Counted from the first letter of the stretch, positions 28,818-37,576 are shown. The stretch is DNA of 64,000 nt from Candidatus Nomurabacteria bacterium (GCA_020631855.1 JACKGU010000001.1:295601-359600), one strand, 5' to 3'. Numbers and translations are program-made. Notes: generated by a model not told the origin, from the letters alone.

Positions 28818-29456
28818 ATGATCGTTTTAGTTCACGGTAATAACTCTGTAAACAAAGCCGATGTAGTTTTTAAACTTAGTGAAAAAATCTCAACCCCAAG
28901 AAAATATCTTTCAATTGACGAGAATTCACCAACAGATGTTCTAACTGCAACAGCGACTAATAATATGTTTACCGGTGCACCAATTGTAATTCTGGATCTG
29001 GGTTCAAATACAAAAAGCGATGCAAAGAGTTTCCTAGATATTTTCCCGCGAGTACCTGCAAAAAGTTTGCTAATTTTATTGGCACAAAAAGAACTTCCTA
29101 AGTCAAATCAATTCCTTCAGCACGCACAGCAACAAGGCTATAAAATAATACTTAGCAACACTACTCCCACAGCAAACATTTTTTCTTTTGTCAGCTCCCT
29201 ATACTCAAAAAATAGAAAGAAAACATATAGAGAATACGAGACTTTAATAGCAGAAGGTGCTGATCCTTTTTACATTCTTTCTATGGTAATGTTCGGCGCG
29301 AGAAAGCAAGCAAAAGCTGTGAATGGGGATAAAATAGATGAAAAAACACTATCTTTATATAAATATATCTTCGAGACCGACCTAAAAACAAAAACCGGCA
29401 AAATTCCTGTTGACGTTGCTCTTCCTTTGATCATAGAAAAAGTGCTAACATCTTAG
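28818..29456 (+). CDS. Hypothetical protein, possibly a short DNA polymerase III delta (HolA-like)
   Basis: MIVLVHGNN start, MFTGAPIVILD and a helical C-terminus resemble HolA. This is a weak by-eye match. Confidence 0.4.
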   Translation: MIVLVHGNNSVNKADVVFKLSEKISTPRKYLSIDENSPTDVLTATATNNMFTGAPIVILDLGSNTKSDAKSFLDIFPRVPAKSLLILLAQKELPKSNQFLQHAQQQGYKIILSNTTPTANIFSFVSSLYSKNRKKTYREYETLIAEGADPFYILSMVMFGARKQAKAVNGDKIDEKTLSLYKYIFETDLKTKTGKIPVDVALPLIIEKVLTS

Positions 29457-29459
29457 TGC

Positions 29460-30215
29460 ATGGGAAAATTTAAAAAGAAGGTTTACCACAAAAAATATAC
29501 TAATGATCAGATCTATAACAACGTAAATCTGGGATTTACCTTAAAAAGCTCTGCGGTCCCACTTGTACTTACAGTTACGGCATGCGCCATATTTGCAACC
29601 CAAGTACTTTACCCGCTTATAAATTTTACGACCCAAGATCTTACGTCCGTCGCCGCTCAACACACAGCTTTAGCAAAAATATCAGGTTTTCGCGAGTTTC
29701 AATACTCAGAGTTACAAAGAAATGTACTAGGCTCAACAAATAATAGCGAACAGGTACAGGAGAAGTTTTATATTTCGATTCCAAAACTTAATATTGAAAA
29801 CGCTGAGGTAGAGACAAACTCTTCGAACCTAAATCCTGAAACCGCTCTTGGCCATTATCTGGGCTCAGCCTTACCGGGGCAAAATGGCACAGCGTTTGTG
29901 TACGGACACTCTGTGCTGCCTTTCTTTTACAACCCAAAAAACTATAAAACTATATTTTCAACCCTGGGAGATCTAGAAAAAGGAGATTTGATATATGTCA
30001 TATACGGCAATAGATCTTATACATACGAGGTAGAAGGGCAGAGAGAGCTTAAACCGGAAGAGGTTAATCCTATTGAGAACATAAAACCTGAATATCTACG
30101 AAAATCGTCCTTAGTTCTTATGACCTGCTCACCGCCGGGAACAAAGCTTAAAAGGCTACTTATAGACTCTGTTCTAATAAACACATCGATAATACAACAG
30201 AATTCAATAGAATAG
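29460..30215 (+). CDS. Sortase-family transpeptidase
   Basis: N-terminal TM, catalytic His in VYGHS, Cys in LVLMTCSPPG (TLxTC type), downstream Arg (KLKRLL). Confidence 0.85.
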   Translation: MGKFKKKVYHKKYTNDQIYNNVNLGFTLKSSAVPLVLTVTACAIFATQVLYPLINFTTQDLTSVAAQHTALAKISGFREFQYSELQRNVLGSTNNSEQVQEKFYISIPKLNIENAEVETNSSNLNPETALGHYLGSALPGQNGTAFVYGHSVLPFFYNPKNYKTIFSTLGDLEKGDLIYVIYGNRSYTYEVEGQRELKPEEVNPIENIKPEYLRKSSLVLMTCSPPGTKLKRLLIDSVLINTSIIQQNSIE

Positions 30216-30256
30216 TGTTATTTACTGACAATAGCAGATTTAATGAGCCAGGTCTT

Positions 30257-30366
30257 AAAATCATCCGCCACCAGCTTACGCGGGTGGTTTGCTGTAATTT
30301 CTTTGCGTTGCAAACCCAACATGTTGGGTAAACTATACCTACTAGCTTAAGCAAGTAGTTTTAAGT
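30257..30366 (-). ncRNA. Candidate structured small RNA, repeat-family copy B
   Basis: About 89 percent identical to copy C by eye. TATAAT at 30373-30378. Preceded by a terminator. Confidence 0.55.
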
Positions 30367-30378
30367 AATGAGATTATA

Positions 30379-30413
30379 AACAAGAATACAGAAATACGCC
30401 TCATGGGCGTATT
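30379..30413 (-). terminator. Terminator of the VPVTG-protein operon
   Basis: AAUACGCC-CAUGA-GGCGUAUU followed by U-rich UCUGUAUUCUUGUUU. Confidence 0.5.
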
Positions 30414-30459
30414 CCTAAAATGTTCTATAATTATAGTGCTCTGGGCTCAACGCAGATAC

Positions 30460-31011
30460 CTAATCTCTTAGAATCTTCTTTTCAAATCTAGTTTTAATAT
30501 AGCTCTTTGGGTTCATGAAGAAGTTGTAAAAGACAAACGTAAACAATGTTAACGAAATTAGCAAACCCAAAGTTACGCTAGTAGAGCCAGTTACAGGAAC
30601 TGGTGCGGTAGTTTGAGTTGTTTGAATTACTCCCCCGCCACCTCCTGCTGCAGCAGCTAAGACTGCAGGTGTATTTACTCCTCCTACCGACTCGGAATCA
30701 CCAGCACCGGTTACTAAAGATGCAAAAACACTTGGCTCTTCCATTGCCCCATCGGTTGCCTGAGTCACGGAAGTTGTTGTAGGTTCAGCAGAACCTGTTT
30801 CTTTTATTGAATAAATTCCCATAACGGCCTCATTGTCGCCTGGAGTCTTTTTCTGAGCATTTTTAGAGGAAATTGAAGAATCGGAAATTGAAACCGAATC
30901 AACGGAAGTCTCAGAAACCATAAAATACAGCGCACTGAAAACCAAAACTGATATCGAAAAAGTTATTATAAATGTTTTTAAGCCATTCTTAGCTTGACTG
31001 TTAGTATTCAT
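30460..31011 (-). CDS. Ser/Thr-rich surface protein with a C-terminal sortase sorting signal (VPVTG + TM + basic tail)
   Basis: N-terminal signal/anchor, low-complexity body, VPVTG at 30586-30600, then the hydrophobic stretch LGLLISLTLFTFVFYNFF and KSYIKTRFEKKILRD. Start taken at MNTNSQ. Confidence 0.7.
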   Translation of the reverse strand: MNTNSQAKNGLKTFIITFSISVLVFSALYFMVSETSVDSVSISDSSISSKNAQKKTPGDNEAVMGIYSIKETGSAEPTTTSVTQATDGAMEEPSVFASLVTGAGDSESVGGVNTPAVLAAAAGGGGGVIQTTQTTAPVPVTGSTSVTLGLLISLTLFTFVFYNFFMNPKSYIKTRFEKKILRD

Positions 31012-31189
31012 AGGCAGGAATCCTAATACTATCAATATACTGAATGTCGAGATCTCCCTTAAACGGCACAGCATTTATTCTAGCTTGTTCCGAAATTTCA
31101 AAGGATCTTGAGATCTCTTCTCTTCCTTTTGAAAGTACTATAAAAAGTATAAAGATACTTGAGCAAAAAATCAACAAGAACCATTTCAT
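31001..31189 (-). CDS. Possible small membrane protein (62 aa)
   Basis: The ORF has a hydrophobic N-terminus (MKWFLLIFCSSIFILFIVL) and overlaps the next start by 11 nt. No SD and no homology recognised. Confidence 0.25.
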   Translation of the reverse strand: MKWFLLIFCSSIFILFIVLSKGREEISRSFEISEQARINAVPFKGDLDIQYIDSIRIPAYEY

Positions 31190-31246
31190 ATTATTATTTT
31201 ATATCTTTCTACAAACAAATACTTCATAAAAATGCAAAGCTTAGTA

Positions 31247-31828
31247 TCAATTAATATAGTAAATAGCAAATGTAACTATAAGAGTATCCTTTCCGGAATT
31301 GGGATTGGAATCTACATCCGCCCGTGCACTAACCACTGCGTATACTCTTTTTGAGACACTCAGGTCCTGCAGAAATTTAGGCAAAGCAGAAATATCTCCT
31401 GTTAACTTAGCAGAATAGAGCTCAGAGTATTCAACATAATCCGACTTCGTCACACTGGAATCATTGGAGGATGTCCCCTTGACTTCATCAAGCGACAGTC
31501 CGTTAATCCTTGCTATCTGTGATAGTTCAAAAATCATACCATCGTAGTCCTTTTCAACGGGAACTCCATTCATAATAATTTCAGTTTTTAAATTTCTTAC
31601 TAAATAAGGCTCGAGCAGAGCTACACGATTTATATTGTTTTTTATAATAGTTCCTTGCTCCGAAAACTCTTTAACGAGATCTTTCTTATATTTATAGGCG
31701 GAATAACCCCTAACGGCACCGAAATATCCCACAACAACTACATTAAAAGCTAAAAAGCACAGAAACAAAACAAAATTTCTGTAAGGTCGGCTTTGTATTT
31801 CTCGATCATAATAATTATTCAACTTCAT
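31247..31828 (-). CDS. Bitopic membrane protein, PilO-like topology
   Basis: Short cytoplasmic N-terminus, one TM, coiled segment, then an alpha/beta C-domain. 4-nt overlap with the upstream gene. The assignment is tentative. Confidence 0.4.
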   Translation of the reverse strand: MKLNNYYDREIQSRPYRNFVLFLCFLAFNVVVVGYFGAVRGYSAYKYKKDLVKEFSEQGTIIKNNINRVALLEPYLVRNLKTEIIMNGVPVEKDYDGMIFELSQIARINGLSLDEVKGTSSNDSSVTKSDYVEYSELYSAKLTGDISALPKFLQDLSVSKRVYAVVSARADVDSNPNSGKDTLIVTFAIYYIN

Positions 31829-32466
31829 TTGTATGTAACCTCTATCGAAATATCATACGAGCCCCCGCGATTTAAGCCTGCGTACAATAAACTGATTGAT
31901 TCTATATCTTTGTTTGAAAAAAGATTAGACATATAGATAGAAGCGTTTATCGGCTCGGAAACAACAATGTTTAGGTTTGCTTTATCAGTATCAAATGACG
32001 TGCTAGAGTAAAAACCCTTCGGCACATCCGTATTCATTACTTCTGCGTGTCTGCTGATCAGACTTCTTTTTGACTCTATAGATTTGTAAGTAGCTATACG
32101 ATCATTTACTTTAGTAACATCGGCAATAATATCTTTTCTGCTGCTGAAAGTATCTGACAAGTCTTCGACTTCTATTACAAGCTGCTCAAGCTGTCGGTTA
32201 ACTGAAAAGTTAAGCAGAAGGATAATCAAATATATTACCTGAATAAAAATGATTAAATAAACTATTATCCTCGGGGTAGAGTCGGGAATACTAATACTTT
32301 TTTCTTGAAATAAGTTTGGGGTATAAATAGGCTCAGTTGCCTCTAGCGGCTCATTTAGTGGCTGGTTTAGTCTTTGCTTTAGATTTTGAAGCTTTTTCTT
32401 TGCTGGCAGTAGAAACTTTAGTTTCTTTTTCAGCTGTATTTTTTTCTTTTTCTGGACCTTGGGCAT
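31825..32466 (-). CDS. Bitopic membrane protein, PilN-like topology, Lys-rich N-terminus
   Basis: One TM (IIVYLIIFIQVIYLIILLL), coiled coil, C-domain. The ATG at 32466 lies inside the rpsT tail. The assignment is tentative. Confidence 0.4.
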   Translation of the reverse strand: MPKVQKKKKIQLKKKLKFLLPAKKKLQNLKQRLNQPLNEPLEATEPIYTPNLFQEKSISIPDSTPRIIVYLIIFIQVIYLIILLLNFSVNRQLEQLVIEVEDLSDTFSSRKDIIADVTKVNDRIATYKSIESKRSLISRHAEVMNTDVPKGFYSSTSFDTDKANLNIVVSEPINASIYMSNLFSNKDIESISLLYAGLNRGGSYDISIEVTYK

Positions 32467-32728
32467 TGGCAGATACTTTCTTTGAAATCTTTGATTTTAT
32501 TCTGGCAGCCTTGTTCTTATGAATAACGTTATTTTTTGCAGCTTTATCTACTACTTTATACAATACTCTTTCCTGCTCTTTGATTATATCAAGTTCTTTT
32601 GTATTTGTAGAAAGCAATTTTTCTATTGCCTTCACAGAAGCCTTAATCTTGGTTTTCCAGAATATGTTATGAAGTCTTTTCTTCGCAGAAGATCTGACGG
32701 CTTTTTTTGCTGACTGTGTATTTGCCAT
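32351..32728 (-). CDS. rpsT: 30S ribosomal protein S20 with a ~40-aa Lys-rich C-terminal extension
   Basis: MANTQSAKKAVRSSAKKR...VIHKNKAARIKSKISKK is the S20 core. The frame stays open to the TGA at 32351. Confidence 0.88.
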   Translation of the reverse strand: MANTQSAKKAVRSSAKKRLHNIFWKTKIKASVKAIEKLLSTNTKELDIIKEQERVLYKVVDKAAKNNVIHKNKAARIKSKISKKVSANAQGPEKEKNTAEKETKVSTASKEKASKSKAKTKPATK

Positions 32729-32739
32729 ACTGCGGTAGT

Positions 32740-32767
32740 ATGATAACACAGTAGCACAATTTGACAA
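32740..32767 (-). promoter_or_regulatory. rpsT promoter TTGTCA-16-(TGT)TATCAT, 11 nt from the ATG
   Basis: Read on the minus strand. No SD. Confidence 0.5.
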
Positions 32768-32795
32768 TACTTTGTTATACTAGGACCCCATAACT

Positions 32796-32904
32796 GATCA
32801 ACCACCACCAGCTGACGCAGGTGATTTGCTGTAATTTCTTTGCGCTGTAAAGCCCAACATGTTGGGCAAACTACATTTACTAGCTTACGCAAGTAGTTTT
32901 AAGT
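32796..32904 (-). ncRNA. Candidate structured small RNA, repeat-family copy C
   Basis: TATAAT at 32911-32916. Hairpins AAACUAC/GUAGUUU, GCCCAAC/GUUGGGC and CACC/GGUG. Lies upstream of a separate rpsT promoter. Confidence 0.6.
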
Positions 32905-33009
32905 AACGAAATTATATAAGATAGCAAAAATTAAGACGGTGCTTAAATAATCGGCTGTGTACACAGGCCGTAATTTTTGCTAAAAAGAAACATACATAGA
33001 TACAAAAAA

Positions 33010-34671
33010 ATGAAAAAGTTTTACAAAAACATAACCAATAAAATAAAAATTCGCGGAAGATGGAGCTTTATAGCCAAGGCGCAAAAAACTATACTTTCGG
33101 CAGCATTCGTGATCGCACTCTTTGCAGGCCTTTCTTCCATACTGGGCTTTGTCAAAGGGAGAATGCTAATTAACTTTTTCGGAGTTAGCGACGAGCTGGG
33201 TATCTTTTACGCCGCAGACAGAGTGCCCAACATGGTGTACTCAATAATAGTTGCCGGAGCTATATCCACTATATTCATTCCTGTATTCACCGATTTATTA
33301 AAAAAAGACAAAAAGGAGGCGTGGAAAACAGCCTCGAACGTCATTAACATTACACTGATTTCTTTCCTTTTTTTAGGGGGATTTCTGGTAATTTTTGCTT
33401 ATCCTGTCATGAATCTTTTATCCCTGGGCGAATTAACGCCGGAACAACTTAAGCTAGGGGCGGGCTTAATGAGAATAATGGTAGGATCACAGTTAATTTT
33501 AATTTTGAGCAGCCTGCTCTCAAGTATTCTCCAATCACATAAGTTCTTTTTAGTCCCAGCTGCAGCTCCAGTACTTTACAATGTGGGCATGATCGTCGGC
33601 TTGATTGCTCTATCCGGAAAATATGGGATATATGCTCCGGCGCTGGGCACAGTAGTTGGAGCCGCACTCCATTTGCTAATTCAGATACCTTTATTAAAAA
33701 AGACAAGCTTCTCCTATGTTGTAAGTAAAACATTGCTAAACAAAGAGACACGAAAAATTTTTTCACTTGTACCGCCTAGAATTGCGAGTGTGGTTCTAAC
33801 ACAGCTCTCCATTGTGGTCAACAACTCTCTTGCCATACTTATATCTCCTGCCTCGGTAGTTATCTTAAAATCCGCAAGCCAAGTTCAGTTTTTACCTGTA
33901 AACATTTTTGGGGCTTCTATGGCTTTAGCCTCGCTCCCCGTTCTTGCGGAACATGCGGATACAAGCGAGCACGACAAGTTTAAACGAATTTTTATAACCA
34001 CCTTACACCAAACCGCATACCTAGTACTTCCTTTTAGCGCCCTGATGCTTGTTCTAAGAGTTCCCATAGTGAGGATTGTTTATGGGGTTGCCAACTTTCC
34101 GTGGGAGGCCACGATAGAGACAGCCTTAACGCTTGGATTTTTCAGCTTATCAATATTTTCTCAAAGCGTAGTGTACCTGTTTACCAGAGCTTTTTATGCT
34201 CTAAAAGACACTACCACTCCTGTCACAGTGAGTTTGCTCACCATTATTATAAATACAACTCTTTCAGTATTTTTTGTACATTTTTTAAGATTGGGGGTGT
34301 GGTCTCTCGCAATGTCTTACACAATTACCAGCCTTCTGGACTCTATCTTACTTTTCTACAAACTGGATAGAAAATTAAACGGATTTATATTATCCGAGGT
34401 TTTAGTTCCTTTAATAAAGATATCGACCGCCTCCGCTATGATGGGTGTTTTCGTTTACGTGCCAATGAAAATACTTGATCTGTACGTTCTTGATACGTCC
34501 AGAACAATTCAACTTATCATAACCACAGGCACGTCTGCAGCGTCAGGGCTAGGGATCTACCTACTTCTTACTAAACTACTAAAAGTAGAGGAAGTGAATC
34601 TATTCTATAAACTGATACTCAAAATTAAACCGAAAAAAACTTTTCAAGAAGTAGTTTCAGAAGAACAGTAA
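33010..34671 (+). CDS. murJ: Lipid II flippase MurJ (MviN family)
   Basis: Polytopic, with an MviN-type N-terminus (ILGFVKGRMLINFFG..). The start is ATG 33010 or TTG 32977. Confidence 0.88.
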   Translation: MKKFYKNITNKIKIRGRWSFIAKAQKTILSAAFVIALFAGLSSILGFVKGRMLINFFGVSDELGIFYAADRVPNMVYSIIVAGAISTIFIPVFTDLLKKDKKEAWKTASNVINITLISFLFLGGFLVIFAYPVMNLLSLGELTPEQLKLGAGLMRIMVGSQLILILSSLLSSILQSHKFFLVPAAAPVLYNVGMIVGLIALSGKYGIYAPALGTVVGAALHLLIQIPLLKKTSFSYVVSKTLLNKETRKIFSLVPPRIASVVLTQLSIVVNNSLAILISPASVVILKSASQVQFLPVNIFGASMALASLPVLAEHADTSEHDKFKRIFITTLHQTAYLVLPFSALMLVLRVPIVRIVYGVANFPWEATIETALTLGFFSLSIFSQSVVYLFTRAFYALKDTTTPVTVSLLTIIINTTLSVFFVHFLRLGVWSLAMSYTITSLLDSILLFYKLDRKLNGFILSEVLVPLIKISTASAMMGVFVYVPMKILDLYVLDTSRTIQLIITTGTSAASGLGIYLLLTKLLKVEEVNLFYKLILKIKPKKTFQEVVSEEQ

Positions 34672-34730
34672 TTATCTTTTCAATACAGAGAGGGGTTGTA
34701 GTTTTAGATCAAGAATTATAAAGTACTTTT

Positions 34731-36542
34731 GTGAACCATACAGCCAATATTAGAAATTTTAGTATTATTGCCCACATTGATCACGGCAAGTCTACCTTGG
34801 CGGATCGCTTGCTGGATATAACCGGCACTATAGAAAAAAGACAACTCAAAGATCAAACGTTAGACAGCATGGAGCTTGAAAGAGAAAAGGGTATAACAAT
34901 AAAGCTAAAGGCCGTTCGCATGAACTATACCCTCGATTCAATTGAATATCAGCTTAATCTCATTGATACGCCCGGACATGTGGACTTTTCCTATGAAGTT
35001 TCACGCTCTCTGGCTGCTTGTGAGGGCGCTGTTTTAGTTGTAGATGCTACACAAGGAATTCAGGCACAAACCGTTTCAAATGTTTATAAAGCTATAGATG
35101 CTAACCTAACAATCATTCCGGTCATAAATAAGGTAGATTTGGCAGGAAGTAATGTGGAAAAAACGGCCCAAGATTTAGTGGATACTTTTGGTTTTAAACA
35201 CGATGAAATTTTGCAAATCTCGGCAAAAACCGGCCTCGGGATTGAACGGCTACTTTCCGAAATTATTAAGAGAGTTCCTGCACCAAAAGATACCTATGAC
35301 AAGAATTTTCGAGGATTAATATTTGATACATATTACGATGAGTTCTTGGGCGTCATCGCGCTTATTAAGGTCGAGGACGGAAAAATTGAACTCCAGGATG
35401 TGAAAAACCATAGAAAAATATACTTAATGGCAACCAAAGCAGAGTCTGATCCTGAAAGTATAGGAATAATGGTTCCCCACCGCAAAGAAGTGGGATCTTT
35501 ATCTGCGGGGGAGGTTGGCTTCATCTCGACAGGCGTCAAAGATATAAAAACGGTCCGAGTAGGCGACACGGTTACTTTTAAAGATATCGCCTCCGCAACA
35601 CAGCAACTGGAGGGATACAAAGAAGTTAAACCCTTCGTATTCATGTCCATCTACCCAATTGAAAACGATAAATACCCTGAATTAAAAGACGCTTTAGAGA
35701 AGCTGTCTTTATCAGATTCTGCCCTTCAATACACCGCCGAAAGTAACTCCGCTCTAGGATTCGGATATCGTTGCGGTTTTTTAGGACTTCTTCACGCTGA
35801 CATAGTGCAGGAAAGGCTTGAAAGAGAATACAATCTGGAACTGATATCGACTACCCCTAGCGTAGAATATACCGCAACACTAACCACAGGGGAAACCGTA
35901 AAAGTGAAAAACCCATCAGAAATGCCCGAGCCCACTAGAATACAGAGTGTGCAAGAGCCGTGGATTATTTTACATATTTTTTCGCCGGCAACATACACAG
36001 GAGGGATAATTACCCTATGTGAAAGTCGGAGGGGCATTATGAGAAAAATGGAATACCCTACACAAGACACGATTATGTTTGAATACGAACTGCCTCTATC
36101 TGAACTTGTAAATAATTTTTTCGATGAACTCAAAACAATATCTTCCGGATATGCATCAATTGATTACGACTTTCTGGAATACAGAAATGTAAAAGTAATA
36201 AAAATGGACATTCTGGTACACGGAGCTGAGGTTGAGCCTTTGGCACAAATAGTTCTAAAAGATAACGCCCAAGCAATCGGCAAAAAAATAATAAACAGAC
36301 TAAAAGATGTAATACCACGACAACAGTTTGCAGTCGCTGTTCAAGCCGCCATAGGCGGAAAAATCATAGCTCGCGAGACCATACCGGCCATGAGAAAAGA
36401 TGTTCTATCGGGCATATATGGAGGCCACAGAGAAAGAAAAGATAAGTTATTAGAAAGACAAAAAAAAGGTAAAAAAAGAATGAAGAGACTAGGAAAAGTT
36501 GATATTCCGCAAGAAGCCTTTAGACAAGTTCTAAGTAATTGA
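34731..36542 (+). CDS. lepA: Elongation factor 4 (LepA)
   Basis: [25 protein letters not shown], and a conserved LepA C-terminal domain. Confidence 0.97.
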   Translation: MNHTANIRNFSIIAHIDHGKSTLADRLLDITGTIEKRQLKDQTLDSMELEREKGITIKLKAVRMNYTLDSIEYQLNLIDTPGHVDFSYEVSRSLAACEGAVLVVDATQGIQAQTVSNVYKAIDANLTIIPVINKVDLAGSNVEKTAQDLVDTFGFKHDEILQISAKTGLGIERLLSEIIKRVPAPKDTYDKNFRGLIFDTYYDEFLGVIALIKVEDGKIELQDVKNHRKIYLMATKAESDPESIGIMVPHRKEVGSLSAGEVGFISTGVKDIKTVRVGDTVTFKDIASATQQLEGYKEVKPFVFMSIYPIENDKYPELKDALEKLSLSDSALQYTAESNSALGFGYRCGFLGLLHADIVQERLEREYNLELISTTPSVEYTATLTTGETVKVKNPSEMPEPTRIQSVQEPWIILHIFSPATYTGGIITLCESRRGIMRKMEYPTQDTIMFEYELPLSELVNNFFDELKTISSGYASIDYDFLEYRNVKVIKMDILVHGAEVEPLAQIVLKDNAQAIGKKIINRLKDVIPRQQFAVAVQAAIGGKIIARETIPAMRKDVLSGIYGGHRERKDKLLERQKKGKKRMKRLGKVDIPQEAFRQVLSN

Positions 36543-37445
36543 CGAGATATAGGACTTCAATTTTTTCAGCTTAATTACATCTTCTAGCCTTCTGGTGCCG
36601 GCCTTTATCTCCATATAATATTCAAAAATATTAGTCACATCGTTGAGAAACTTCTTTGTTGAAACAACATACCCGGCTATTAGAACGAGCTCGGAGATTT
36701 GTTTAGTACCCATAAATACATCGCGCACAACAAGTAGCAAAATACTAAGTTTAAAAAAAGACACTAATGATTGAAGGCTGAACCAGGAAATAAAACGAAA
36801 AGACTGAACATCACCATACTTACCCCAAACTTTCTCAGCATAACTTTTTACGCGATCATTAACCAAAAGCCGTGAGTAATATTTCTCTCTAACCTGATCG
36901 AATTTTTCGTATAAAACCTCATAGTGTCTTGAAAGAAAATAAGAAGAGATAATATAGAAAGATATCGCAGAAACCTCTAAATAAAAGACTCGTACATCAA
37001 TCAACAATAAGATGAAAGGGATTAAAATAAACTCAACAATTCCCTGAAAACCATCGTCAATCATATGAGTTACAAACCGTCTAATGGCATGAGTTAAATT
37101 ACGAACTGCCTGCACTACCTCCATACGGTCTTTTTCTTTCGGAGAAAACGTTATTAAAAAGTCTGTTTGAACTTCAACAAGCTTTTTTTCTGTCGTAAAA
37201 GAAATCAAAGATTTTGATCCGACACGAACAAGGTGCTCAATAATTTCTGTAACTAGAATAAGGGCAAGGGGCAAAACGATTTCGCTAAGGGACATTCTTT
37301 GCTCTATACGATAAATGCCTAATGAAAATAGAAAAGTTACTAAAAGAGGCCCTAAGGTGCAAATAAGACGCAACAAAATATACAGGTTATACTCTCGCGT
37401 GAAAAAAAATTTAATTAAGTAGTTTCTTATAAGACGGGCAGTCAT
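36531..37445 (-). CDS. Polytopic membrane protein resembling an ABC-exporter transmembrane domain without an ATPase domain
   Basis: 304 aa, about 5-6 TM helices with long intracellular helical linkers. No Walker motifs. Weak by-eye call. Confidence 0.35.
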   Translation of the reverse strand: MTARLIRNYLIKFFFTREYNLYILLRLICTLGPLLVTFLFSLGIYRIEQRMSLSEIVLPLALILVTEIIEHLVRVGSKSLISFTTEKKLVEVQTDFLITFSPKEKDRMEVVQAVRNLTHAIRRFVTHMIDDGFQGIVEFILIPFILLLIDVRVFYLEVSAISFYIISSYFLSRHYEVLYEKFDQVREKYYSRLLVNDRVKSYAEKVWGKYGDVQSFRFISWFSLQSLVSFFKLSILLLVVRDVFMGTKQISELVLIAGYVVSTKKFLNDVTNIFEYYMEIKAGTRRLEDVIKLKKLKSYISSIT

Positions 37446-37540
37446 GAATCAATTATACACAGCTAGACACTAGTTTAAACAAATTTTGCATTATAGGTTT
37501 TGTAAGAATTTCAAAGATTAATACAAGCAAACCATACTGC

Positions 37541-37576
37541 TTGACACTCTTAGCACTCATGATAATATAGTGACAA
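37541..37576 (+). promoter_or_regulatory. hrcA promoter (TTGACA-16-TGATAATAT) overlapping a half-degenerate CIRCE operator
   Basis: TTAGCACTC (37550-37558) - N9 - TAGTGACAA (37568-37576), against the CIRCE consensus TTAGCACTC-N9-GAGTGCTAA. Confidence 0.6.

Noticed and set aside
30160-30354. The 64-aa and 86-aa minus-strand ORFs (30160..30354 and 32632..32892) with similar N-termini (MxKLVxxVxPTCW), considered as a small protein family.
   Set aside because: The similarity comes from the nucleotide repeat. A 1-nt indel between the copies shifts the frame and the downstream peptides diverge completely. The starts are TTG with no SD, and the third copy gives only about 49 codons. This fits an RNA/DNA element better.
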